38,758 nt of DNA from a virus. This document shows positions 11,301 through 18,451 of this stretch, one piece after another; the first letter of the stretch is position 1, and each line of letters starts with the position of its first letter. The DNA lies in the IMG/VR virus record IMGVR_UViG_3300024346_000197; one strand, written 5' to 3'. Both the position numbers and the translations under genes were made by a program. The notes under the pieces were generated by a model. The model made no database searches, was not told the origin of the DNA, and saw nothing but the letters and a program-made list of their open reading frames with translations.

Positions 11301-12717
11301 TGAATACACGAAACATCAAGAAGCCAAGAAGTTTTTGGAGCATGCGAATGAGGTGTTGTCTTTGCTTGGTGCTAAGACGAATGGTGACTTTGATTCTTTG
11401 GATTCGATTCTTCGTGCGCAGATTGCATCTGAACTTGAAGTGCATCTTGCTGTTGCCGGCATGAAGTCTGCACAACATGACAGGCTTATTCTTGAAGGTG
11501 TACAGAAAATGATTGACGACGGTGGAAGGCTGTTACCAGATGGACGTGTTCAAATGGCTGATGGTTTGATAGTTGATGGTGTTTCTGTTGATGCTGTTGT
11601 TGAAGCTGGTAAGGGCATTAGGGCTGGATGGGATTCTATTAGTAAGAACTTCCCTGAACTTTATGGTTCACCTGAGATGGTTGAACTATTGAATAATGCA
11701 GCACGTTTTGAAGACCCTGAGTTTATTAGGAAGATGGCTTACTACATTGGGCCGTACACAAAGTTGTTCAAAGCCTTTGCTGTTCTGTCACCTGGTTTCC
11801 ATGTGAGAAACGGATTGGGCAATGCAATTCAACTTGCATTGGCTGGTGTTGAAATGGACAATGCAATTCTTGGCACAAAGATGTTTAAGCGATGGATGGA
11901 CGCATCCAAACAGGGCAAGAGTTGGAACGAGTTTATTGTCACTCTTGAACCACAGATGCAGGAAATAATGAAGACTGCAAGGAATGGTTCTATTGGTTCT
12001 GGTGGTGGTATCTACACAGAAGTAATGAAAGAAGCTTCTGGCAATAGGATTATGGATTGGTGGTTGATTAGGAAGAACTATTCCTTTGGACAGGCATCCG
12101 ACAATTACAGCCGATTTGTATTGTCTTTTGACTCTGCAATGAAAGGCAATGACGTGTTCATGGCAGCAGCACGAGTGAAGCGTTTTTATTTTGACTATGA
12201 AGACCTGAGTACTGTTGACAAATTCATGAAGCAAATCATGCCGTTCTGGTTGTTCTATTCACGCAACTTGCATACGCAGATAACGAACATGTGGTTGAAC
12301 CCACGCCCATACCGTATTTATTACAACATTAAAAACAACATTGCGGATAGGGAAACTCCGAATCCACCATTTGTTGAGGAGATGGGTGGATTTAGATTGC
12401 CATTTGGCGATGGCTTGTATGCCATGCCAGATTTTGGATTTACACGTGTTAATAAAGAACTTTCAGATTTAGCCAATCCGATAAGAATGGTACCTAGATT
12501 AAATCCTTTGTTTGTTGTTCCATTTGAACAGTTGACCGGACGTGACTCTTACAGTGGTACTAAGTTTACTGATGCTAATGACAGGTTGTTGAATGCTTTG
12601 ACAAGCATTGCACCACCTGCACAGCAATTTGACAAATTGATTACAAACGATAACCCAATGTCACAGCTCAACGCTTGGCTTGGTTATCTTGGTTCGCCAG
12701 TAAGAAAATACAACTAA
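5314..12717 (+). CDS. Giant virion-associated protein (2467 aa); putative internal/ejection protein
   Basis: Single uninterrupted 7.4 kb ORF. GTG at 5314 overlaps the upstream gene by 11 nt. The central part has long coiled-coil-like stretches. The C-terminal ~450 aa look globular (FHVRNGLGNAIQLALAG, RFYFDYEDLSTVDKFMKQIMPFWLFYSRN). It occupies the T7 gp15/gp16 position. I recognised no enzymatic motif. Confidence 0.75.
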   Translation: MVSKNQDSNEVLNALKQITASKAPKRQSVLPDIGRPIVRESSLTENLLKQLDSNPYRKPGTFFPKTLESSDNSKLENALTNAKNASSILGTLGNIMNVADIPKRAVISSLRETIDALDGNEETKASFSDWKEQVGDREYGFGKAFPMKGWAGRAMGLTGDLLFDPVNWATFGGSIPFKAVIKMSAREFIELSAKELAEGSTRKFIVKKTLENGDVLVKARSVLGKNVIGRDGRAALGRFTKKRLTFLRDAGEDGYKHLTDDMITRISGEVYADGKRVFFRNPNLPAGFAESIGVRGPGIYYFGSRFKVPGTTGIGRLGEDVLTELRLYVSTTKAGKAIRTATTGQGVGRIMRMGVKGVDKKTGEDIILNALVRARVNLADGSLLSPAEINQAMAVIEMHDFARIRRVVHVESESNNMSPLADELAAVENGYRYLDQVPTAEIQARAASGDTGSVVALKVRQYMDYLWSRANARSKAVGGTEIPYNDGYFPHMETAQAKQDRLLKGNDAFDAMLYGDDAMDPLARNQIPKSDRRTVFNERQLEEGDKWFGVTLRQADLTADRLNEIARASGRVNFDMFETNTTKVLAEYLQQFSDQMSWYDALEYGAKEFPDLLSFGEMLMKISPTYSNEIMKKRPNQMFRALETAIRKHSLFLDNSLTSVRNELISKHGSFEAALIAMREGTMSATELDSLLKALNEQMAVAEGLDAQYKQMLADISAQFENRDGISGFSLFLEGTRSVQASQKFEELKALVKEFSGFSYVDMTPERLQQLEPLFRAYEQYTEAVGVLSRDIEFSSLVSDVFPGLNNLGEYGAAQQYDIFAKIIDELGEPSMSTTARQLSSLWGPKNPIEFRTLGVSREAIDAVSRMTIDDINSFLDEVRLMDVDQLAVLGDGVKSGTGRGNNFALWLQALIVENEKLASGGFESSFLDDAKTFLDIKVRKRMNPYDFNAVDTTKADGTFNQWKSAVKRLLVGDVEGFEDLLIQQKALSTIYKWQEMYAPFGIQIGDDVIDEIVQREARDYALIALRNGDEKRFADLTSAKFGRNGGTGPLGTHRLIERQRQIFEDMMDLHGFDVRTGTFADGKPLPVATRKLPGSQSPRVESVIKNLSEEQQRQWARVSQENKQVLDYVDSRIEFIKNARNNMQSGSELQTIWDSISERFVNSLKSIESGELFNIVDDSASGGKILFDDLITEMYEVAKQIGDAARLSQDPIAARTIEDNWNSFIDEMANQIERTRFILQNYSPESQMYKQQKFQIRMIISNKMLQEFDATKTIFFNGFNSNLDSMSDEMLRLVRMRRQASNVLNNPEDYFRTGPGRFDTSNVDESILAAPRSLDEGGRVVDTRTGELVPPTEQELDVIIANYRNSDQMPIARSAENNANRAHSLVHVDLSKMPADQMPGGVVFTPDEWDNIVLGGALETGSPKFDAFLTALRSQRGGDVSDDRLIDGFVDFVLTNFRDTDAVVKNSKVIAYRRKQIRLNWKKSEHYSWLENYRTYEQRKFAKAFAANASDEVRQLDAASNAITYVREASKEAVVDVPAFTVSRRQLLIKAFDNFIETMEKVQKTIPKKETRVAFIEEATPSIDKSFNPGAKEVADEFDDSVETIINDALGIGEGTSKSPKVSQVESRTFLGRDGEGMEVADFEALPITGLSGSDEVLLLRNRENARVVDSFLKGSNVEKSTQQLEREVRILETLINNKMDTPWTTGKSKRVLVRLRKAEIAKREGFVVTPAGSRLKGNWTYGPLPFDDFESAIEYAKRIVREEKLVLAKPKDVERLKKFLEQAAYRTKYNMTPELQTAVNIVSGPSETQIDKMLFSVNSFIDNALKKRNGKYNRSLAVTPEDVDYYMSKLREPDFDYEVAELAELDDLRNAINLKKLPETEMVSVPKDMSPVATDVPMDAAAKLQAELELLGKSSTTEVERLGKDVAEARSVADRLQAKYDLGVASNEAVDEDQVKFLQNRIEVLQKLVDDSQIEVRAGRGKQATLDYSDGISFEYTKHQEAKKFLEHANEVLSLLGAKTNGDFDSLDSILRAQIASELEVHLAVAGMKSAQHDRLILEGVQKMIDDGGRLLPDGRVQMADGLIVDGVSVDAVVEAGKGIRAGWDSISKNFPELYGSPEMVELLNNAARFEDPEFIRKMAYYIGPYTKLFKAFAVLSPGFHVRNGLGNAIQLALAGVEMDNAILGTKMFKRWMDASKQGKSWNEFIVTLEPQMQEIMKTARNGSIGSGGGIYTEVMKEASGNRIMDWWLIRKNYSFGQASDNYSRFVLSFDSAMKGNDVFMAAARVKRFYFDYEDLSTVDKFMKQIMPFWLFYSRNLHTQITNMWLNPRPYRIYYNIKNNIADRETPNPPFVEEMGGFRLPFGDGLYAMPDFGFTRVNKELSDLANPIRMVPRLNPLFVVPFEQLTGRDSYSGTKFTDANDRLLNALTSIAPPAQQFDKLITNDNPMSQLNAWLGYLGSPVRKYN

Positions 12718-12726
12718 GGAGAAACA

Positions 12727-13251
12727 ATGACAAAGAAGCGAGTTTACACAGGTAATAAGGATGGGGCAGCCAAAGGCTTGCGTCCTGGCATGAAAGTATT
12801 TATCAACGAGGTAATCAAGTTATCTAACGGTGCCCTCTGGAATAATGGTGACTGGGGCGTTCGCCCAATGCGTGGAAAAGAGTCCCTTTCTGTTCATGCA
12901 ACAGGACGAGCAGTTGACCTGTCGTATCGACACATGCCACCAAGTAAGGGCATTAAGAATGGTCGCATTGAAGCATTGCGAGTTTTGAAGATTGTGGAAG
13001 CCAACGCTGAAGCGTTAGGCGTTGAAGCAATTTTTGATTACATTGTCAAGCCGCACGGACGTGCATGGATGTGCGACCGCAATGCATGGTTGAACTACAA
13101 GAAGGAAACTATTCACGGTGGGGGTTCGGGGGACTGGCTTCACTTTGAGATTTCGCCAGAAATGGCTGATGACCCGGCAAAAATGAAGGAAGCGTTTGCG
13201 AACTTGGTGATTCCTGCGGAGAGTCCGAAGAGTCCTGAAGAGCAACTCTAG
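12727..13251 (+). CDS. Zn D,D- or L,D-peptidase, M15 (VanY/ply-type) family; endolysin or virion-associated cell-wall hydrolase
   Basis: RBS aaggaga precedes the ATG. SVHATGRAVDL matches the S-x-H-x-x-G-x-A-x-D metal-binding motif and GDWLHFE matches the second His motif of M15 peptidases. 174 aa. Last gene of the late arm. Confidence 0.8.
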   Translation: MTKKRVYTGNKDGAAKGLRPGMKVFINEVIKLSNGALWNNGDWGVRPMRGKESLSVHATGRAVDLSYRHMPPSKGIKNGRIEALRVLKIVEANAEALGVEAIFDYIVKPHGRAWMCDRNAWLNYKKETIHGGGSGDWLHFEISPEMADDPAKMKEAFANLVIPAESPKSPEEQL

Positions 13252-13525
13252 GTTGTTCTAAAACAACTGTCCTGATAACCATTCCAGTTGGTATGTGAAT
13301 TGGCATACCGACTGTTTTGGGGTCATCAACTTCATCTGGGAAGTATGAGTTAACAACTGTTATATAACCAGCGAGCATGTCGGGTACGAGCCATCCGACA
13401 GTAACTACTGTTGTGTCTTCTGGTGTGTACTTCTCTAGGTCTGTCCAGCCGTTTTCACCATCAAAGGCGTCACGCCAATGAATAACAATTAGTGGCCACT
13501 CTGATTTTACGTGTTTACTTGTCAT
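13109..13525 (-). CDS. Hypothetical protein (138 aa); the last ~47 codons overlap the 3' end of the M15 gene on the opposite strand
   Basis: ATG at 13525 overlaps the upstream gene by 11 nt. The N-terminal ~90 aa look globular (WPLIVIHWRDAFDGENGWTDLEKYTPEDTTVVTVGWL). The tail is S/P/Q-rich low complexity. Confidence 0.6.
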   Translation of the reverse strand: MTSKHVKSEWPLIVIHWRDAFDGENGWTDLEKYTPEDTTVVTVGWLVPDMLAGYITVVNSYFPDEVDDPKTVGMPIHIPTGMVIRTVVLEQPRVALQDSSDSPQESPSSQTLPSFLPGHQPFLAKSQSEASPPNPHRE

Positions 13526-13787
13526 AAGGGTTTATACCTTCTTCGAATAGGTGTTCTTCTATTGTTTCAATTATTCCTGCCATGAACGATGATATCCTAA
13601 TCCACGCTGTTGCGTCACCAGATAGAGCGTGTTGCCAGTATTGGCACAAATCTATTGCAGATTGATTATCTGCACCAAGCATGATTGTTAACCCACCCGA
13701 CATATTGCTGATTGTTTTATCTGCGTTCCTGTTTATTGAATCTATTTGTTCCTTGGGAACAATGTCGTAAATCCAGTCATCCGACAT
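13515..13787 (-). CDS. Hypothetical protein (90 aa from ATG 13787; an alternative TTG start at 13925 gives 136 aa)
   Basis: ATG at 13787 is preceded by aagaggaag (good RBS). The longer form would begin with a TTG overlapping the upstream stop. Confidence 0.6.
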   Translation of the reverse strand: MSDDWIYDIVPKEQIDSINRNADKTISNMSGGLTIMLGADNQSAIDLCQYWQHALSGDATAWIRISSFMAGIIETIEEHLFEEGINPYDK

Positions 13788-13921
13788 TTTTCTTCCTCTT
13801 CTTATTAGCAACATGTATACACCCGAACGGCAAACCGTTTTCCTGTATTCCTTGACCCACATCAATGTGGCCGTAATACGATGCAAGAATTTTGGCAACC
13901 TCATTAATATTGACCGCACTG

Positions 13922-14224
13922 TCAAATCCCACTGTTACCTGATTCGTTTTCATCTAAGTTAAACCTTTCTTGAATATATGGATGACTGCGGAGATGCAAT
14001 GCTAGTCTCTCATATGCTGCATTTCGTAACCGCCAAGCGTGTGGCTTGGATACGCCCATTCTTTCTCCTAGTTTTTGTAGGGAAATCATTTCCGAGTTTA
14101 GGGCGTTGACAATAAACTGGTCTTGTTCTGACAGTTTCTCAATACAGTCTGCCACTGCTTCACGTAATGGTTGTAGTTCTTGAATTGATTCTGCGATTGG
14201 TTCTAATGCGCCCGCCATCATCAA
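13922..14224 (-). CDS. Sigma-70 region-4-like HTH protein (100 aa), putative transcription regulator
   Basis: LSEQDQFIVNALNSEMISLQKLGERMGVSKPHAWRLRNAAYERLALHL follows the sigma region-4 / LuxR-type HTH pattern. Confidence 0.6.
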   Translation of the reverse strand: MMMAGALEPIAESIQELQPLREAVADCIEKLSEQDQFIVNALNSEMISLQKLGERMGVSKPHAWRLRNAAYERLALHLRSHPYIQERFNLDENESGNSGI

Positions 14225-14297
14225 CGCCTCTATTGGCGTTTCTGGTCTCCTGCCCCCTTTAAGCGTTGCTTGAAGGGATGGAGAAAGATGTACGTCT

Positions 14298-14732
14298 CTA
14301 TTCCTCAGAGTCGTATTCTGGGTTTATCATCATGTCCATCACTTCTTCTGGTAGAAGCAAGAAACCTTTTGCTGGATTGGCAGAGTTCCAAGCAAATGTT
14401 TTCATTCTACTTTTAGGAAGTGTTGCAATGTATCGCTTTAGTCTTTCAACTGAAACGGCAAGCATTGCACCATCAAGACAATAAATATACACCCACCATT
14501 TTGCTTCTGTAACTTCAAGACCACTTGGCTTCCAACCATTACCTCTTGGGTTTTGTTCAGTTTCAACGACCATTCGACCATTGCGGTAGCGGTCTGTCTT
14601 GACTTCAAATGAACCATCAGCAATTGATTGAAGGAAATCACGGGTGAGTTCTTCACCTTTCTTTCCAAACTTCAAGTCGTCAGAGAAGTTGTACCTGCGT
14701 TCTGCTGGGAAGTCCCAGCGTGACTCTTTCAC
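14298..14732 (-). CDS. Hypothetical protein, possible PD-(D/E)XK-fold nuclease (144 aa)
   Basis: GKKGEELTRDFLQSIADGSFEVKTD gives a D...E-x-K arrangement. It is next to RusA in the replication/recombination block. GTG start with no clear RBS. Confidence 0.4.
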   Translation of the reverse strand: MKESRWDFPAERRYNFSDDLKFGKKGEELTRDFLQSIADGSFEVKTDRYRNGRMVVETEQNPRGNGWKPSGLEVTEAKWWVYIYCLDGAMLAVSVERLKRYIATLPKSRMKTFAWNSANPAKGFLLLPEEVMDMMINPEYDSEE

Positions 14733-14784
14733 GAAAACAACACAGTTGCAATTATTAGAGTGCCAATAAGAAACATTATTTTTA

Positions 14785-15138
14785 TCATATCTTCTCCAAA
14801 TAGAGACAAACGATTTGCTTGTCGTCTGTATACGCTACACCGTTGAGTGCATCAAGTACTGACTTTGCATAGTTGTCAATATCTCCAGTAAGTCTGCCTT
14901 TTACAACTGGGGCATCCGGGTCTCTTTCAACTTTTTCTATAAAGAGTTCAGTGCCTTCTTTGGTGAAACGAAGTTTCATGGACAGTAACCCATCCTCGAA
15001 ACATGGGCCAACATATGCGTTGGCAATTGCACGTTCGTATTCAACTGTTTCTTTTGGCGTGAACGCACGACCTCTGCGGGTCATGCGTGGTCGCCCTTTT
15101 GACCTTGGTCTGATGTTGAATACCTGTGAATATTTCAT
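14785..15138 (-). CDS. rusA: RusA-family Holliday junction resolvase (117 aa)
   Basis: KGRPRMTRRGRAFTPKET and GDIDNYAKSVLDALNGVAYTDDKQIV match the RusA signature (D-x-D-N-x-x-K-x-x-x-D-A-L-x-G-x-x-Y-x-D-D). RBS is aggaga. ATGA overlap with the upstream gene. Confidence 0.85.
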   Translation of the reverse strand: MKYSQVFNIRPRSKGRPRMTRRGRAFTPKETVEYERAIANAYVGPCFEDGLLSMKLRFTKEGTELFIEKVERDPDAPVVKGRLTGDIDNYAKSVLDALNGVAYTDDKQIVCLYLEKI

Positions 15139-16025
15139 TGGTCTCCTGTCATGGCTTTGCCATAAGCGTCTTCAATTATCTTGGTCAAATGTACCACCGC
15201 ATCTTCTCGGTCACGGAACTTACCCCATCTTTTATCTGCGTCCACAAGGATGATGTAAGCGTAGTTGATTGGTACTTCAAACTCACGCATGAAGTGACAC
15301 ATACGAATGAGGGTGCTTGACCTGTCCGAGTTTGGCAGCGGGCCTTCACGCCACATGCGTTCAATGTATCCATTGGCATGTTGTAGTGCTTCTGCAACAG
15401 ATGTTGAAGTTGGTAAATCTAGGACTGCACGTTGTTTTGGACGATGCATCTTTGCCAGCGGTGCCAACAAGTTGACGCTGACACGATTGTCTATTGCTTC
15501 ATCAAGGAACTGCTTGAGAGTCATTGGTTCGTCGCTGTCTTGGAACATGATGTAGCGAACTTCTGGTAGTTCGTTGAATCCATTTGGATACGGCAAGCGG
15601 ACATAGTTTCCCATCCCGGATGTTTCTTCTTGCTTGGGATTTATTTCTTTGGGTGGCAACCCAATAACTTCATGAGCGCTGAGCAAGGCTCTGCGCATCA
15701 TGACTCCAGGAACCCAGTCGTTAGCGAATACCCACACATGGTAGCCTTTGCGGGTTTTCTCAACGAATGAATGAACGCCCTTGACTTTGAGGGCGGTCTG
15801 TAGGTTGCGAGCTGAGTCAATGTCATCAACATCGATATCCGAACAGCCCCACTTGACTGTGTTGCCTTGAGTCAAAGGATAGATGCCAATAAGTTCTTCA
15901 CCATATAGGTGGCGGGCAAAGGTTTCGTAAGTGACACTTGAACGGATGCAAGCACCTTCCCACGCACCGTATGCATCTGAACGTCCCAAGAACAGGGACA
16001 TGAATGTTTCTACACCATCATTCAT
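15135..16025 (-). CDS. Archaeo-eukaryotic primase (AEP) type primase-polymerase (296 aa from ATG 16025; the ORF opens at 16064)
   Basis: ELIGIYPLTQGNTVKWGCSDIDVDD carries the motif I acidic cluster. RKGYHVWVF carries the motif II His. YVRLPYP is also present. ATG 16025 has an aaaggg RBS and an ATGAATGA overlap with the helicase stop. It lies directly downstream of the helicase. Confidence 0.7.
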   Translation of the reverse strand: MNDGVETFMSLFLGRSDAYGAWEGACIRSSVTYETFARHLYGEELIGIYPLTQGNTVKWGCSDIDVDDIDSARNLQTALKVKGVHSFVEKTRKGYHVWVFANDWVPGVMMRRALLSAHEVIGLPPKEINPKQEETSGMGNYVRLPYPNGFNELPEVRYIMFQDSDEPMTLKQFLDEAIDNRVSVNLLAPLAKMHRPKQRAVLDLPTSTSVAEALQHANGYIERMWREGPLPNSDRSSTLIRMCHFMREFEVPINYAYIILVDADKRWGKFRDREDAVVHLTKIIEDAYGKAMTGDQ

Positions 16026-17043
16026 ACAGCCCTTTCTGCTGGTATTGGATTGGTAATTTGCCATCTAGGTAAGTGAGACGACCTGTGGCCGAATCAAGTT
16101 CAAAGTCAATGTCATCAACAAGTTGACCAGCAGGTCGCTTGTTTTTGAGCAAAGAGACACTAAGGGTGTGTTCGTGAATCAATGCCTCATGCCTGAGGTA
16201 TTCGATTCTGTCTTGAGTCCGTTCCGAGTGAGACCTGTCGTTTTTCTCAATGAGTTCATGCAACTCTGCAGCAATTTGATACTTTTTGCGACGTACACCG
16301 ATAACGCTGGTGGCCTGTTGCTCACCACCGTAAGCACCTGAAGACATGGTTAGTTTTGCTCCGTCTGCACCAGCGTTTCTTGACGCTTGGTGCAAGACCA
16401 GCATTGGTATGTCATGTCTGCGACCAAAGCCTTTTAGGAATGTTGCTTTGTCCGGAACAGTTTCACCTGCTTCTAGTAGGTCAAGATAGTCGACCACAAT
16501 GAGTTCTGGTGCTTGTCCCCATACATCACACACTTCGTCGTATGCCCGTTCCATATCGGAACCGTTGAGTGGTTGGTCAAAGACTGCGAGGTTAGGGAAG
16601 TACTCTTCTGCTGTTTGACGCATGAGCTTTATTGCTTGTTCATCATTGGAAGCGATTTTGGCTTCTAGTTCACGTGCGTCAATTCGATGCAGGATGCATG
16701 TGAGTTTGAGTAGGACTAATTGCTTTGGTTCATCAGGGATGAACATGACAATATGTTTGTCCATGTTTTTTTGTAATGTATTTAGTAAGACCAATGTCTT
16801 ACCGCCATGTGCGAATCCCAGCATCATGCAAATTTCGCCAGGTGCAATACCTCGTAGTTCTTCGTCAATCCGAGGGATACCTAAGTGGACTCTATCTTGA
16901 GGTGATTGTGCCCATCTAATAAAAGAATCCGCTGCATCTGCAAGCGGACTATACATTCTGTACTCGGAATTGGGGGAGACCAATTGATTTGGTCTCCCCA
17001 CATTTTCCCAGCCAGCAGATATTTCTTCTGCCGACAGTCGCAT
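16018..17043 (-). CDS. DnaB-type (RecA-fold) replicative DNA helicase (341 aa)
   Basis: Walker A is MLGFAHGGKTLVLL and Walker B is LIVVDYLDLL, followed by LVLHQASR. This is the typical DnaB_C / T7 gp4 helicase-domain layout. Confidence 0.8.
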   Translation of the reverse strand: MRLSAEEISAGWENVGRPNQLVSPNSEYRMYSPLADAADSFIRWAQSPQDRVHLGIPRIDEELRGIAPGEICMMLGFAHGGKTLVLLNTLQKNMDKHIVMFIPDEPKQLVLLKLTCILHRIDARELEAKIASNDEQAIKLMRQTAEEYFPNLAVFDQPLNGSDMERAYDEVCDVWGQAPELIVVDYLDLLEAGETVPDKATFLKGFGRRHDIPMLVLHQASRNAGADGAKLTMSSGAYGGEQQATSVIGVRRKKYQIAAELHELIEKNDRSHSERTQDRIEYLRHEALIHEHTLSVSLLKNKRPAGQLVDDIDFELDSATGRLTYLDGKLPIQYQQKGLYE

Positions 17044-17471
17044 TAGCGACCTCGTGGTGGCCAGTAAGCCTTCTCGGCATCAACTGCCTTGAACGACGGA
17101 CGCTTTGGATTTGCAGCCAAACCGTCACGGTTGTCGTAAACAGTTGTTACACCGTCACGCTTACATGCTTTGATGAGCCACTCTGGCAAAGGTCCATGCT
17201 GTAGTCCCTTGACAGTCACAGTTCCACTTGAACCACTCATTGGCGTATTTACTTCATCTGCGTTGAAAGTGTCTTTTGCCATCTGAATGATGTTGTTGTT
17301 TTGTGTCTGTGATTCTTCGCCACCATAGATTTGTTCCATGATGATTTCTGTAATTGATGAGAACAACGTGGTGAATTCGCCAAGTCGTTCGTCAACTCCA
17401 GTTGATTTATCTGTTAGGTCTGCTGCAATTTTTGCACAGACTTGGGTGATTATTGCCCTGTCCTTATCCAT
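17043..17471 (-). CDS. Hypothetical protein (142 aa) between exonuclease and helicase
   Basis: TAATG couplings at both ends. No recognisable motif. The position would suit a DNA-binding or annealing accessory protein, but that is speculation. Confidence 0.6.
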   Translation of the reverse strand: MDKDRAIITQVCAKIAADLTDKSTGVDERLGEFTTLFSSITEIIMEQIYGGEESQTQNNNIIQMAKDTFNADEVNTPMSGSSGTVTVKGLQHGPLPEWLIKACKRDGVTTVYDNRDGLAANPKRPSFKAVDAEKAYWPPRGR

Positions 17472-18307
17472 TATGCCTCCTCGGCATTGTTAGTTTCGCC
17501 CGTGATGTACGAGCCTTTGCATTTATCCCACACTGGACACCATCTCTGTGAACAGAGAAAGTGTTGGTCATTGGCAAGCCATCGACCACCCGATGTGTTG
17601 TTATTGTACATTAGCACTGTTCGTGCTAATGCTGTTGCTTGTTCAACAATCCAGTTGCCATGGGCTTCTGTTCTGTTGACACTCACAATTTGTCCAGTAC
17701 TGGACGCATTGCGAATCATGACACCAAACTTGAATGTGGCTGGGTAATCAATTAGCCCCATTTCAACTGCTGCTTTGGTGTAAATAGATGATTGGATATT
17801 TTGTGATTGTTTTTCTGCTTCGTAATATTTACGTGCAGCAGTTTTCCAGTCCCAAATACTTTCTTGATGAAAGTAATCCATAGTTCCTTCAAAGTGAAGT
17901 TCGTAATCGTCAATCATTCCGACTTGAGTAGAGAACTTGAATTCAGGTTCTCCACCTAAAGGTACATGAGGGTAGATATCTCTAGCCCATGCTTCTGCCA
18001 TAGATGCAATGTGTTTGTCCCAGTTTCTAGGTTCGGTGTTGGTGATGTTGATTTTTTTGCCTTCAGCAAGTAAATGTTGTTCGCTCGAACGAAAAGCCCA
18101 CACTGAGCGTTCTGCAATGTCTTGTGTACCAATTTCTTCACGCAGGACATTTTCAATACCAGCGTGTACTGCCGTGCCCATCATGGCAGAGTCATTTTCT
18201 CTACGAGATTCCGGGTGTAACGCTGAAAGTCGTGCACGCTCAGGACACATAAGTGCATCCCCAAGCCAGCTTTGACGGATAAATATTTTATTGTCTTCTA
18301 TTCTCAT
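17471..18307 (-). CDS. Cas4/RecB-like PD-(D/E)XK exonuclease with a 4-Cys cluster (278 aa from ATG 18307; the ORF opens at 18415)
   Basis: MCPERARL supplies the N-terminal Cys. Other motifs are GTAVHAGIE, FEGTMDYF, IWDWKT (D/E-x-K) and QSSIY (Q-x-x-x-Y). C-terminal CSQRWCPVWDKC supplies three more Cys. ATG 18307 is preceded by ggagaa. Confidence 0.75.
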   Translation of the reverse strand: MRIEDNKIFIRQSWLGDALMCPERARLSALHPESRRENDSAMMGTAVHAGIENVLREEIGTQDIAERSVWAFRSSEQHLLAEGKKINITNTEPRNWDKHIASMAEAWARDIYPHVPLGGEPEFKFSTQVGMIDDYELHFEGTMDYFHQESIWDWKTAARKYYEAEKQSQNIQSSIYTKAAVEMGLIDYPATFKFGVMIRNASSTGQIVSVNRTEAHGNWIVEQATALARTVLMYNNNTSGGRWLANDQHFLCSQRWCPVWDKCKGSYITGETNNAEEA

Positions 18308-18340
18308 TTTTCTCCGTTGTGATTTGTGGACGAACTTGTT

Positions 18341-18372
18341 TGCACCCCAAACCCTTTGGGGTTTTGGGTGCA
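18341..18372 (-). promoter_or_regulatory. Imperfect 13-bp hairpin upstream of the exonuclease gene
   Basis: tgcaccccaaaccc-tttg-gggttttgggtgca has one mismatch. There is no U-tract on either strand. Confidence 0.4.
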
Positions 18373-18387
18373 CATGCTTTGCTTGTG

Positions 18388-18406
18388 CCCCCCCCTTACC
18401 CCCCCC
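18388..18406 (-). repeat. C8-TTA-C8 homopolymer pair (G8-TAA-G8 on the coding strand of this arm)
   Basis: Read directly: ccccccccttacccccccc in the 144-nt intergenic gap between the SLT and exonuclease genes. Confidence 0.9.
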
Positions 18407-18451
18407 ATTGTACACATTGTGTGTGAACTGTCAGGTATTAGGTGGAGATAC

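Noticed and set aside
5314-12717. Giant ORF as an N4- or crAss-type virion RNA polymerase, or as a tape-measure protein
   Set aside because: I could not find the two-barrel or single-subunit RNAP catalytic Asp motifs by eye. The genome has no tail tube, sheath or chaperone genes that would accompany a tape measure. The question stays open pending profile searches.
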